Shown: positions 13,121 to 26,207, counted from the first letter of the whole stretch. The stretch: DNA of 63,722 nucleotides, filler included, from Phoronis australis (GCA_002633005.1; 8 parts of 8 records of this genome joined end to end with filler, not necessarily neighbours in it); one strand, 5' to 3'. The notes: generated by a model from the sequence alone, not told the origin. Program-made: numbers and translations.

Positions 13121-13530
13121 CTCACTAAGTGTCACATTTCATCTCAATCAACAAATATCGCTAAAGACAAACAACTGTCCTTGCGCTGCATATATTCTGA
13201 GGCACTTTTGTTTATTACATGTACGTAGAAATAGTCGGTCAGCAAGTGTACAGTAAACTCCTACCAAATTCGGTTAATTCCTAAAACCCCTTTCTTCATT
13301 TTGCAATGGCTTCTAACATCGCTGTAAATGCTCAATTTTTTCAAAACTTTACTTCACGGTACACGTAGGTGCGGTACCAAACGTAAACATAGCAAGCAAT
13401 TAATGTTGCCCTATACTTGTTTCACATTGTGTCCGAAATTGGTATCTCATTACTTTGCTTATTTTTCCAACTGCAAGCTTTTCCTAGTCGGCTGCTAGTA
13501 CGAATTTCCAAAGGAATTCCTACTTAATAC

Positions 13531-15539
13531 ACAAGAGCAACGCAGAGCGTTGAAATGCGCCCACAATTGCACCGCATACGGTATCCTTCTAGGGTTGTTT
13601 ATTGGTACCACAAAGTGGCCAGTAGAGAGCATATATGTAGTATGTTGTACTTAGCAAAATGGAAAGGCATGGTCATTGTCTCCTCAATAGGCTAGGGGCA
13701 AAATGTGAGTAATCTTCATAATACAAGCACATCCTATACACCAGTTGCTTAAAGCACCACAGAAACATAGAATAAAAACAAATTTACCAACATACGAGAT
13801 TAGCATAGCATTAGAATGCCAGAAACAAATTTCTACTTGGAACTTTTCCTTCATAGTCACGAAGTAACACAAAGTATACACCTGAAGACCTATGAAAATA
13901 CAGAGGTCAATGTAAAATACTATAAATTGCCACTAGAGGCAAATACTAAAATTGCCACTAGAGGCATACCGGTAGTCAGAATCATCCTAAAGTCGTCATC
14001 GTCCGTTGTCAACATCACATCAATACACTTGCTAAATTTAGTAAAGATCCTGCAAACGGTTTGGGAGATACAACCATGGGCGCAAAAAAAACAAAACTGC
14101 CACTAGGAGGTGCCACAGTAGTCCAAATCGTCTGAAAATCATTGTCAGCTGTCTTCCTTATAGTAAGCACATACACGGCAATTTTCACAATCATCCTTTG
14201 AGCGGTTTGATTGATAGAGGGGTGGACGCAAAAATACAGACTCGAAAACAGTAAAAATGGCCACTAGGTGGCGCAAACTATGTCGAATCTATCTGAAAAC
14301 GGGAGGATAGCGTCATCTCACTATTAGGTGCCTACATACCAAATTTCATGAAAATCCGTTCAGGACTTTTGAAGATACAAAGGTAAGCGTAAAAAACTAA
14401 AATTGCCACTAGGGGGCACACCAGTAGTAGGATCCGTCCAAAAGTCGTCATCTTCCGTTGTTAACATCATATAAATATACTTACACAATTTCGTAAAGAT
14501 CCTGCGAAAGGTTTAGGAGATATAGCCATAGGCGCAAAAAAAAAAAAAACAGCCACTAGGAGGCGCCACAGTAGTCGAAATCGTCGGAAAATCATCGTCA
14601 ACCGTCCTCTACATAGTAAGCATATACATGCCAATTTTCACAATCATCCTTTGAGCGGTTTGGTTGATAGAGGGGTGGACGCAAAAATACAGACTCGAAA
14701 ACAGTAAAAATGGCCACTAGGTGGCGCAAACTATGTCGAATCCATCTGAAAACGGGAGGATAGCGTCATCTCACTAATAGGTGCCTACATACCAAATTTC
14801 ATGAAAATCCGTTCAGGACTTTTGAAGATACAAAGGTAAGCGTAAAAAACTAAAATTGCCACTAGGGGGCACACCGGTAGTCGGATCCGTCCAAAAGTCG
14901 TCATCTTCCGTTGTTAACATCATATAAATATACTTACACAATTTCGTAAAGATCCTCCGAACGGTTTAGGAGATACAGCCATAGGCGCAAAAAAAAAAAA
15001 ACTGCCACTAGGAGGCGCCACAGTAGTCGAAATCGTCGGAAAATCATCGTCAACCGTCCTCTACATAGTAAGCATATACATGCCAATTTTCACAATCATC
15101 CTTTGAGCGGTTTGGTTGATAGAGGGGTGGACGCACAAAAACAGACTCGAAAACACTAAAAATGGCCACTAGGTGGCGCAAACTATGTCGAATCCATCTG
15201 AAAACGGGAGGATAGCGTCATCTCACTAATAGGTGCCTACATACCAAATTTCATGAAAATCCGTTCAGGACTTTTGAAGATACAAAGGTAAGCGTAAAAA
15301 ACTAAAATTGCCACTAGGGGGCACACCGGTAGTCGGATCCGTCCAAAAGTCCGCACATGCCGTCCCATTCATGAATGGAACATATGTGCCAAATTTCATG
15401 AACGTATGTCAAAGGGTTTTGGAGATAGAGCAGCGGACGCCGGACGCCAGACGCCGGACGCCGGACGCCGCCCGGACGGACGGACGGACGGAGATGACGG
15501 CATAATGCGTCCACATATAAATATGTGGGCGCATAAAAA
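13531..15539. mobile_element. Helentron-associated non-autonomous element (HINE/DINE-1-like) with internal ~453-bp tandem array
   Basis: acaagag start, caacgc-aga-gcgttg hairpin, subterminal atgcgcccaca inverted against terminal tgtgggcgcat, (ggac)n microsatellite, terminal palindrome then ataaaaa. Confidence 0.8.
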
Positions 15540-16132
15540 TGGTGTCCATTAGGAATTTGTACAAAACTCGATAGGTTCATATTGGATTTCCAATAGGGAA
15601 TCCAGTACGCGAATTATGCAGGAATTCAGAAACAAAATTTAATAGGATCCTATCAGAATCCAGGCTGTACTGGGATCCTATCCTGGGGAATTGGTTCAGG
15701 AATTTCAATTTAATCTTTTTGCAAGGGACGCAAAAGAGAAATTGTCACACCAGAAATAAGACCAGCAAACATGAGGTAACATACTTATTTAAAAACAGCA
15801 AAAGGTGTGCTAACAATCATTCCTGAACAAATCAAACAAAACAAAAAACTTCATCAAAAGAAAAAGCCAAAAACCAGGAATAACGAATGTTTATTTATAT
15901 ATGAATAATTTACATCGTACGGAGAAGGATCCAGCTTTTTATGAAAGAGGTTAAAAAAAATGACAATGGTTTTCTATCACAGGCACTACATACATAAACA
16001 AATATTAAGCTTACCCGCTGATTAATGAGAGACAATAGCAGGAAAGTAAAGCAGATTGAAGAACTTGTTGCTTTTTTAAACCTATCGTTTCAGACACTGC
16101 GTTCTTTTTATTATTTCCACTATTATCAAGAA

Positions 16133-17625
16133 CAACAAGCGTTGAAATGCACCCACGAATGCACGGCAAACGGTGTGCTACTAGGGGTGTATATTTGTTT
16201 AATAAAAATGGCCCTTACATGGTGCAAAATATGTCAAATCTACCCTGGTATAGGTCATCAAATCTATTTCATACATGTACAAATCCGCCAAAGAACTTCT
16301 CAGAAACCGTGGAAAACGGAAAAAAAAGAAATTGAACTACACCTGTAAGTGGCTATGGGCGCAAAAACATAACTGCCGTCCATTACACACTAAAAACATA
16401 TATGCCAATTTTCACAATCGATCCTTTCACTGGGAGTGGTTTCGTTGATAGAAAGGCTGTTGCCAAAAAACAGAAAAATGACTTCTAGATGGCGCAAATA
16501 TGTCGAACCCATGAGTAAGCAGGAACATGTCATCGTTTCAATAGAAAGCTATTTACACAATTTCATAAAATGCAACAACAGAGAAATAAAGGAAAACGAA
16601 AAAAATGAAATTGCCACTAGGGAGACACAATGTGTTTGTCGGATCCGTCTGAAAGTCGTCGTCGTTCGTGGTCAACTTCATATAAATACTGTCACACATG
16701 CTAAATTAAATGAAAATCCTGATGAGTGTTTAGGAGGTACAGCCATGGGAGTGAAAACCTGCCACAGTAGTCAAGACTGTCAAAAAATAATTGTAATCCA
16801 TCCTCTTCGCATTAGGAACACACCCGTTCTTATGGTATATGCCAATTCCCACAATCATCATTATAATGGTTTGGTGGGCAGAGGGGCAGACGCAAAAAGA
16901 CAGACTTTAAAACAGTAAAAACGGCCACTAGGCGTTTCAAAATATCTCGTAAACAGGATGATAGCGCCACCTCACTAATAGATGCCTATCTGGCAAATTT
17001 GATGAAAATGCTTCGAGGACATTTGAAGATAAAGAGGTAACCGCAGACTAAAATTGCAACTAGGGGGCACACCAGTTGTCCGATACGTCCCAAAGTCGTC
17101 ATCATCTGCAACTTCATACAAATACATTTTCGAAACTTAATAAAGATCCTGTTGCACGATTTGGAGATATAGTCATGGGCGCGAAAACAAACAAGCAAAA
17201 CTGACACTCGTCGAAGTCGGCGGAAAATCATCGTCAGCCGCCTTCTTTCTAGCAAGAACACGTGCTGATTTTCACAACCATCCCTAGAGCGGTTTGGTTG
17301 ACAGACAGGCGGACACCAAACTGATAACAAGACTCCAAAAAAGTTAAAATGGCCACTAGGAGTCGCAAAGTACATCCGAAAACGCGAGAAAAGCGTCATC
17401 TCCCTAATAGATGCATAACTGCAATGAAAATCCATCGAAGACCTCCAAAACAAAGAGGTAAGCATAAAAAGATAGAATTACCACTAAGGATCACACCAAT
17501 ATCCGGAGAAGTCTGAAATTCGCCATCATTCGTCGCAAGCTTCATGCGTCGAGCACATCTGCCAAATCTCATCAAGATCCTGTGAGGGGTTTACAGTGTA
17601 GGAGATACAGCCGTGGACGCCGGAC
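16133..17625. mobile_element. Older, diverged copy of the same HINE family
   Basis: gcgttgaaatgcacccac start and degenerate gccactag subunits homologous to 13531-15539. Confidence 0.7.
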
Positions 17626-17629
17626 ACCC

Positions 17630-17786
17630 CAGTTGCCAATTTAAAGGGGGGTCAAGGGGGCCATGGCCCCCCCTAAATTTCTCCAATATTCCATTGGGAA
17701 GTTCCGGAGTGCCAATACCTGACAGGCAAAATCCTGGCTGATACTCTGCCCTGCCCCCCCAACTCAAAACCCTGGATCCGCCCATG
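17630..17786. mobile_element. G-rich MITE, CA...TG ends, 5-bp TSD CACCC
   Basis: caccc at 17625-17629 and 17787-17791; ggatccgcccatg terminus. Confidence 0.7.
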
Positions 17787-18713
17787 CACCCAGACAGAGA
17801 TGGCCGCAAAGTGCACCAAATATAGAATGTAGGCATAAAACCAAACCCAGCTCATATTTTATCTCTGGAAACAGATCCTTGCTGACACACGGCCTACATG
17901 TATATAACAGGGCTCGCACATGCTGAAAAAATGAAATATTTTGAAGAAAAATCACTTTATTCTGACAAATTCGTTTAAATCCACACATGCAAACAAACCA
18001 CGTAAGGAATATTTAGTTTGAACTGACACATTCAGAAAGCACCCTCTGTTGTTTGTACAATGAAAGTGTGATGCAGTCCAAATGGAAGCCAGTAGTGTGA
18101 CGTACAGTGTATGTTCATTAGAGCCAGTCCTGACAGGCATTAAAAGCTCACCTAAATCCTCAGGTATGTTGCACTATGTTATAATATAGAACACCTGGAC
18201 AATGTATTCGAGTAAATGAATGGACAGCCATGTATGAAGTTCAGTGTCATGATTACCGTGGTTGGAGAAGTATTGAAATGAACACTAAGAAAACGGCCAC
18301 CTATTTTCCCAGTGTTTTTTGTTTACCACGGTGACTAGCAACAGACCCTGGATGCCCGTCAGATCCGCGTGAAACTTATCATAACATTTATGAACTAATT
18401 AACAATAATGATTGTCGAAAAAGCCTTAAAATTACCTGGCTGCAAGTCACAACACTGAAAATTGAACACAATCTTAACATTGAGAATAAAAGATTTTCCT
18501 AATTTTGTTTCCAAGTGTCCGAGCAAAATTAAGAAGTTGAAAACCATATAACACAGCTGCATTTTCACCACATCCAGCCTTCGACATATCTATGGTAACT
18601 TGGCATTGGGATCCTAAGATACAGTCTCTGAGGCTGGCTAAGTGTAGTGTCATCACATCACTTCATCAAAGCTGCCCTTTCACCTCTTGACATCTGACCT
18701 TTGACACATACAG

Positions 18714-18818
18714 TTACTCGGTATCTGGGTTGTAAAGCACATTGTTCCAGTGAGTCATCACGTCTTCTTTTGTCTTAATCATGGAGGTGAGGAAAGCAGG
18801 AGCACTGTCATCCTCTGA
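18714..18818 (-). CDS. SNX17/27/31-like FERM protein, terminal exon (SEDDSAPAFLTSMIKTKEDVMTHWNNVLYNPDTE*)
   Basis: ggtttcag acceptor, phase 0 matching upstream exon, ends in TAA. Confidence 0.7.
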   Translation of the reverse strand, partial: SEDDSAPAFLTSMIKTKEDVMTHWNNVLYNPDTE

Positions 18819-19501
18819 CTGAAACCAGAAACTACAGCTAACCACTGATGGTAATGTAGGACCTCAGAGAAAAGTCCAATGTAGGACATTCATTGTCTTC
18901 ATAACAAAAAAAATCTAAAGTTTCACGAAACAAAAACATTTTTCATCATGTGTTTATGTGGATACGGCCATTTAATCCAAGTACAGGTCACGTGATGGAC
19001 ATGGTCATGGTTTTCATGACCAAAATTGTCTCCCTTGGGAACACCACATCTCAGAAAAGGCTGATCAGTTTCACACTGTCATAAACTTTTTTCCAAAACG
19101 GTCTCAACAATTGCTTTTGGAATGTTCCACTTTTGTATCAGGGGCTTTCAAAGTAGGACTCTCATGATTTCCGTGAAAAAAAATCTAAAGTTTCATAAAG
19201 CACAAACAGTTTTAATAAAATGTTTATGTAGGTGTGGCCATTTAATCAAAGTACAGGTCACCTGATGGACATGGCCAAACGTGGGAAGGCACACCCACCT
19301 GAGAGACATGACCAAAAAGATGCCGTAAGCATTTCGGTTCAGGACCTACCCAAACATTTTCCAGCTCCAAAAATGTGGATTAGGACTCCAACCATCATGA
19401 CATTCAACTCAAGTATACACAACTAAGGTGGACTTGGGTTGATGAAAAAATTCATGTCACAGCATCGACTGTCAAGAGAAAAACAAAAACCTTTCACTCA
19501 C

Positions 19502-19744
19502 CTGCAACACCTTGACAATCTCCATGACAACCGCCAGCATCAACTCTGCCTGATCTGTAGCTATGTGCAGTGTGGTCAGTTTGAATACAGAGGTCAAAAG
19601 GTCAAATGAGACTGTGGATGCTGTGTCTGCATCTCTTGACCAGCACTTGAGATGGCGCCACGGTGTAAGGTAAGAAGTTTCTCCAGTTTCTATCTCTACA
19701 CCGTCTCGTCCAACATACAAAGTAACCTTGATGTTCTTTGGAAG
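19502..19744 (-). CDS. SNX17/27/31-like FERM protein, F3 (PTB/PH-like) lobe exon
   Basis: LPKNIKVTLYVG...WRHLKCWSRD...VSFDLL...LHIATDQAELMLAVVMEIVKVLQ resembles SNX17 F3; ag/gt boundaries, 243 nt. Confidence 0.85.
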
Positions 19745-20617
19745 CTAGAACATTATACAAAATCACATTGCTCAAACATATCCAGCAAGGCTGGGTTCAA
19801 TAGACCAGGAGTCATTAGCTAGCACAGGTGGCTATAAATCTTCCATTATGGAATGAAACAGTGAACTGAATGCCACGCACGGCTCAACATTCCAACCTCA
19901 CCGACCAATCATTACAGTGTCTGCAGTAGGCTCACAAATTTCCGAAACATACTAGTGAAACATTTACATTACACTTGCTTCTCTTTCAAGAAACTTGGTC
20001 TAGATATGCTGAGACAACAGCATGCTTCAAAATGTTGACGAAAATCTTCTGCCACAAAACTCAGGTAAAAAATTTTGACAAATTTTCATTTTCAGTTCTG
20101 AATCTGCCATTATTCATCTCTTTTATGCCTTGGTTAACACCTATTAATACCCAGCTTCATCAAAGGACTGCTTCTGAACAGACACAGAGCACAGACGAGA
20201 GGATTACACTTCGACAGGTTCGACATTTGTAACGTTGGTAGGTCTTTGATTTGATTGGTCGTGTTGTTTGTTTTTTTTTCTGTTTTTGGCTCTCAAACTT
20301 GCCAGATCAACTGTACTATTTGCAAAAACAAAAACAGGGAAAGGACAGGCAAGCTCACAGCCATACTCGCTGGTCCTGCAAGTCAGTGCTTGTACTATGT
20401 CCAGATCGAATCGAGCTTGTGTAGACTGGGTCAAGTTGTTTGTGGGCCGGGGGTTCTGGGGGTCATGGTTCGTGGGTCGAGGGGGTGGGTCGTTGGGTGA
20501 GGGAGTCAAGGGGGTCAAGGGAGTTTTAGAACAACTCGTGCTTTTGTTGTGCCTGGTAGACACTGATACAAGGAAGTAAATTGAGGAGGAAAACAACTCA
20601 ATCTGATGTAGCCTGTG

Positions 20618-21453
20618 TAAAATACAGACACATGGTTATCTCAGAGAGAAATTTGCAAAATACAGATGCATGGTTACCTCAGAGACATATGCAAAATACA
20701 GATGCATAGTTATCTCAGAGAGACATTTGCAAAATACAGACACATGGTTAACTCAGAGAGACATTTGCAAAATACAGATGCATGGTTATCTCAGAGAGAC
20801 ATTTGAAAAATACATATCCATGGTTATCTCAGAGAGACATTAGTAAAAAACAAATCCATGATTATCTCCGAGAGACATTTGCAAAATACAGATACATGGT
20901 TATCTCAGAGAGACATTTGCAAAATGCAGATGCATGGTTACCTCAGAGAGACATTAATTTCGCAAAATACAGATCCACGGTTATCCCAGAGACATTTGTA
21001 GAAATACAGATCCATGGTAATCTCGGAGAGAGTTATAAAATACAGATCCGTGGTTATCTAAGAGAGAGATCTCTAAAATACAGATCCATGGTTATCTTGG
21101 AGAGGGATCTGTAAAATACAGATCCATGATTATCTCGCAGAAACAGTCGTAAGATACAGAACCACGGTTATCTAGAAGAGAAAGTTGTAAAATAAAGATC
21201 CATGGTTATCCCAGAGATTTATTTGTAAAATACAGATCCGTGGTTATCGTGGAGAGACATTTGTAAAATACAGATCCCTGATTATCGTGGAGAGACATTT
21301 GTAAAATACAGATCCCTGATTATCCTGGAGAGACATTTGTAAAATACAGACCCATGGTTATCCCGGAGAGTTATTTGTAAAATACAGATCCGTGGTTATC
21401 TAGGAGAGATATTTGTAAAATACAGATCCATAGTTATCCCGGAGAGACATTTG
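20618..21453. repeat. Intronic minisatellite, ~37-39-bp unit (aaaatacagatccatggttatctcagagagacatttg[c/t]), >20 copies
   Basis: Directly visible tandem array. Confidence 0.95.
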
Positions 21454-21802
21454 TCTGTGCCAACTACAGTCCCGCTGGTGTGTATGGAACTTACTATCTA
21501 TGGTGGAATTGGAACATGGCGTAAATTACCCAACAGAAGGCCCCACCTCGGTTCTTCACTTCCTTGGATCAAACACAAATGATCTACATACGATATCCAT
21601 TGTGGTTGCTTAAAGGAAATGAATTCAGAACCATCATGGGAGGGTTTACGCCTCTTCCCATCATTCCATGTTTAGGAAATAAGAGAACAATAACCAACAA
21701 GAAAAAAGTCTTTCCAAATTAACCAGTTTTGCAGTTTTACTGAACTTATTAACCTCAAAAAAGGTAGCATTCATCCTCAAGGGACAAGCCCGGTTCACTT
21801 AC

Positions 21803-21972
21803 ATGTAATGATTCTGTGCTGAAGTCCTGCAGGAGGACACAGTCTGTGAACCGTTGTGACCAGTACCTCGGCAAAGTCTGACACGTGGCTACATAGCGGT
21901 TCTCAAGGACAAACGATGGGTCTAAGAACTCCTCCAGTTGATGTAAGTCATCACTACTGGGCCTCAGTCTAC
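21803..21972 (-). CDS. SNX17/27/31-like FERM protein exon (GRLRPSSDDLHQLEEFLDPSFVLENRYVATCQTLPRYWSQRFTDCVLLQDFSTESLH)
   Basis: Resembles SNX17 ...LAQTLRHYGYLRFDAC; ctgcag/gtaagt sites; phases fit neighbours. Confidence 0.85.
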
Positions 21973-24618
21973 CTGCAGTAGAACAAACTGAATAGAGGGA
22001 GGAACTTGTTCAGTAAGGAACAGGGGTGAAAGGTCAACACTTAAAACGTAGCCAGATTTACACAAACTGGGGGTCCTGTGGTTAATTTTAAAACAGAAAA
22101 CCTGTCACTGGGTTAAGCTTCAATAGCTTGGGAGTCATATCCTTGTGAATACAAGTACGAATAAATTAAATACAACATAACGTGAATATAACAACAAAAC
22201 ATAACCAGTTATCTGCTAAGTATGTTTGAGAACAAGTTTTCTGGTGAAAAAATTGTGACATTGGAGAATAACGGCATGATGCCAGGGATTTAGTCTACAT
22301 GCACATACAGTGTGAGTCAAATTTCACTCGCATCATATTTTGAAAATGTGCTACTTGGTTTTTCGCATTTCACACATTTATGCATGGGTGCCTCATTGTG
22401 GATAGAATGCCAGCGTCACATAAACATTTAAGCGCGTGAGCCTAATGTATACGTGCGTACGAGGGTACATAATCCTGCAAACTTAAAGTTGCCAAAGCCT
22501 TGTTTTTGAAGCATTTTTGACATCTTTTGAACTGAAACCAATCAAAGATTTTACGAGTTTTTACGACATATTGATTTTTGCACAAGCCAGTTGTAGTCCT
22601 TTGGCAAAGCCATACTTTGCTGGGACGTCAACTAAATTTTGTCACAATAACTGTCAGACTTCAAAGAAACGTGACTTTGGTGATATTAAAGAGGCCTGGA
22701 ATGGGATAAACAGACTATGGCAATACCTAAAGTCTGTGGTTCTCTGTCACTGAAACAGAGTACAACCTGTTCACCAGGCATTTTTTGGGTTTGTTCGTAA
22801 AGATTTTTAATTTCTGTTGATATCAAAACATTCTCTTTTAGTTTCAAATTTCAAAAAAGAACCTGTCAACTGCTCGCCACTTCGTCAAATTTTCCTCCCA
22901 CAAGGCAAAGTACATCTCCTTATTTGGTATGGCAAGACACAGACGTAGCACATTTCCTTAATGTGGAACATGTGACCTTTGACCTCAAGCGAATTCAAGC
23001 GACTGACTGTGAGCGCATCTGCACATTTATCATGTGGGAGGGAGATTAGAAACTCTGTAGTAACCGCAAAGATTTTCCCTCGCACCTATTTCAAATAACG
23101 TGAATTTTGTCATTTTTTTCTGGAAATTGCCACACAGGGGAAAATGAATTACTGTACTAGAAGTTTTGAGATAGCACTTTCATCAGAAATTGTTTAAAAG
23201 ATATATTTGACAAGCTTCCATCTTCCATGCCTCTTTAAGTATAAGGTTCAAAGTTTACACTTTGCTTCAATGCAAAATGTAAAAAATCTTCAATTTGAAA
23301 TTTCAGTTCCCTATTTATCAAGCTATGCTTCAGCAACTTTAAAGGTACACAGCATCCCATTTACTGCTCTGAAACATGCAGTGCCGGACTGAGCGATTGG
23401 GGGTCGCATAACACACACGACAAAGCATTGAATTAAGACGAATTCAGGAGTTCACATGACCACTCATCGGAAGCCCCGTGCTTGTGAAAGCACCACGGGA
23501 CCTGCAATTCCAAGAACATCGCTTGCTCAGTGAAGCCGTCACGTTTGAACCCAAACATATTGCAAACAGTGGTGTCCGGATACAAACTTTTGCACCTGAG
23601 GTAAATAATTTCTTAGGAGTTGAAACTAGTAAAAGTTTATGGTATAGATGTCTCTTAAACTGCCAGTAGTTTATACTACTTCTGCTACGTTGCTAATCAG
23701 GCATTGTAAACAAGACACTAAGAAACATACTGATCTAGTCAGACAAACAATACTCAGAACTCCCTTAACATGGAAGTAACAATTACAACATTATATTGGT
23801 AAAGCTGTTAAAATCCAGAAGACCGAGAAAGACTTGTGGTCATCTAAATCATTTTTTGATTAACAGAAATGCTCTCGAAATTCTATGATCATGACTATGG
23901 ATTTAATGTCCTGTCATGGTAAGGAGAAGTTGGAGATCGGTTTATTGGTCATGTGACTAGTATTGATTTGTCTTTTGGATATCTGATTGGAATCTTCAAA
24001 CAATGGTTGTGATCTCGGGAAGATATTGGTCATATCGAGTCTTACTAGCCACCTATCAAAAGCATGGGGACATGTCTTGTTGCAGCAAATTGGTCAAAGC
24101 AGATAAAGTATTAAACAGAAGTCAAAACAACAGCACTTACCTAAAGCTGGCCTGGGAGCAACAGGTTAAAGTGAGATTAGCTTTGGATGATTGAGTAGTG
24201 AAACAACACAAGGATTATATTTTGCAAAACTGAGTACAGTCAAACATCATAACATCATTACAATGGACTTTCAGATGCCTGTGCTTGTTCTAACAGAAGT
24301 GTGGTGAGTACAACACAACTGCTGACCCCTACAGGTGGACTGGTAGATCAGTAATGGAATGTGCCTGCTGAGAATGCTTCTTAAACGAGGCTTGCCGTAA
24401 TGTGTTTTAGCTGTACATACATGACATCAAGTAAATCTTTAACTTTACAATATTGTTGACATGTACAAAGCAGATGACAAAAAAGAACATTGGAACTCAA
24501 AAGATCAAAAATGTAAAAAAAAAAAAAATATATGACCGTTGGTTTGCATCTGCGACGGAAAAAAATCTTAATCACTTTTAAACTATAAATGTCTGAAAAG
24601 AATGCATTAAAACCAAAC

Positions 24619-24732
24619 CTGATGATATTCCCTCTGTTGCCTGAAGGAACAAAAGATGTGTTGCTACGGCATCGCTCAACAGTTTACTTGTTTCAACTTT
24701 GGCATCAAAACACCACCGTTGAATGGTTAAAT
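24619..24732 (-). CDS. SNX17/27/31-like FERM protein exon (DLTIQRWCFDAKVETSKLLSDAVATHLLFLQATEGISSG)
   Basis: Typical F1/F2 junction RW.FD...D.VA..LL..QA; phase 1-1. Confidence 0.85.
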
Positions 24733-24945
24733 CTGAAACAGTACAACTCAGTGTTACTGAGAAAGAACAACATACATTCATGTCGGATTTTTTTCTCACT
24801 GTGCATTTTCACTATGAAGCATACAGGACAATTTAGGAATCTTCACCTCAAGCATCAATCATTTCTTCACTACAAATCCCTGTAGTATACAGATTGGTGA
24901 TGGTAATAAGAGATGCAAATCGTCATCATTGTTTCTGGACATTAC

Positions 24946-25047
24946 CTTTCGTATCAGCTGCCACAGTCTCCCCTGGACGACACCTTCTGATTGGTCGGTT
25001 CCTACCTCGAAACAAGCTGAAGTATGGACAACTTGAGCTCTGCAGGC
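24946..25047 (-). CDS. SNX17/27/31-like FERM protein exon (GLQSSSCPYFSLFRGRNRPIRRCRPGETVAADTK)
   Basis: YFSLF motif of the RA-like F1 lobe; phase 1-1. Confidence 0.85.
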
Positions 25048-26134
25048 CTGAACATAGATGATAGGTGTCATACGGGTTTTACAATGATAAATACAAAAGG
25101 CTTATCACAGTGGAAAACAAGTTTTGAATGTTATTTTCTCTTAAAGCTGCTCCAAGCCTGCCTTGATTCATAAAAACCAGCTAGTGATTTAGAACACTTG
25201 CAAAAGAAATGATTTTTCAGCTTGGGGATGGAGGGAGTAACTGTGTTATTGTTTGAGACCAGGCTTAAAAATCAGCTAATCATAGCAGATCATTTTGCAT
25301 GCTGAGCATGGTCTCAGGCAGTACATTACTGTCAGCACTGCCCAAATTTAGAGAACCAGGCAGTCATCTTTACATGTAAGCCACAGGNCGACTTCTATTT
25401 ACACCTTACCTGGAAAGCGTACCTAAATTTTAACCAGTCTTCTAGTCTAGAAACAAGGGTTCGACACTTGGTGCACGCACACACACCAATCTATAATTGG
25501 GACAGCAACACAGGATACGAGTTTAAGATGAAGCTTGGTTAGTACTACAATACTGGGGTGGCTTATAGACTTCTAAATCTGCGTTGGTATTCTTAATGTG
25601 CAGAGAATCTAACCAGAGAAAACTCTACAGTTACAGTGTTAGTAATAACAAAATGACTACACATGCCCCAGACTATCATGTCATCATTAGTTTAAGAAAG
25701 GCTTCAGAGTGAAGGCTGAAAACAATAACTAAGTATGTAAACCGTTGACCGTGTACTAAGAACTTCATTTCAATTATCCCAAACATTTTTAGTGTCACTC
25801 AATATGATCAGACATGTGGAATTGATATCAAAAATAGGGAAAACATGATGCAAAATTATGACAGGAAATTGAAAATGGCGCCCGATCTCAGTGTCACATC
25901 CTCACTATTAGCATCCCATGCATTATATGGGCCTTGCTGTGACGCAGGCCCAGAAAACCTTTTTCATCTGAGCAAGTAACAAGTCTACCAGCTTAAAGAG
26001 CGGGGCAGGTGGTCTAAATCAAAAGAAGTTTGTGTCCTTGAATGGAAGATCAGTTTTAATACTTAGCTTCAAGGAATACATTTTCAAGAAATGTCGCATG
26101 AATTTGGCATGAGAGTAAGTCCACAATTACTTGC

Positions 26135-26207
26135 CAATATCTGCTGTAATCCTTTGAAATATATCATCCACTTGAACATCATTATTGTTGCTCACTTTAA
26201 CCGTAAC
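26135..26207 (-). CDS. SNX17/27/31-like FERM protein exon (VTVKVSNNNDVQVDDIFQRITADI), GC donor
   Basis: ttgcag acceptor; frame continuity requires G|gcaagt donor. Confidence 0.75.

Noticed and set aside
16436-17465. 160-aa and 159-aa ORFs
   Set aside because: Chance frames within the degenerate HINE tandem array; no protein motifs
20204-20612. 130-aa Pro-rich ORF with an acceptor-like site inside the SNX-like gene
   Set aside because: Flanking exons already join in frame; sequence is low-complexity gggtc-type repeat with no clear donor
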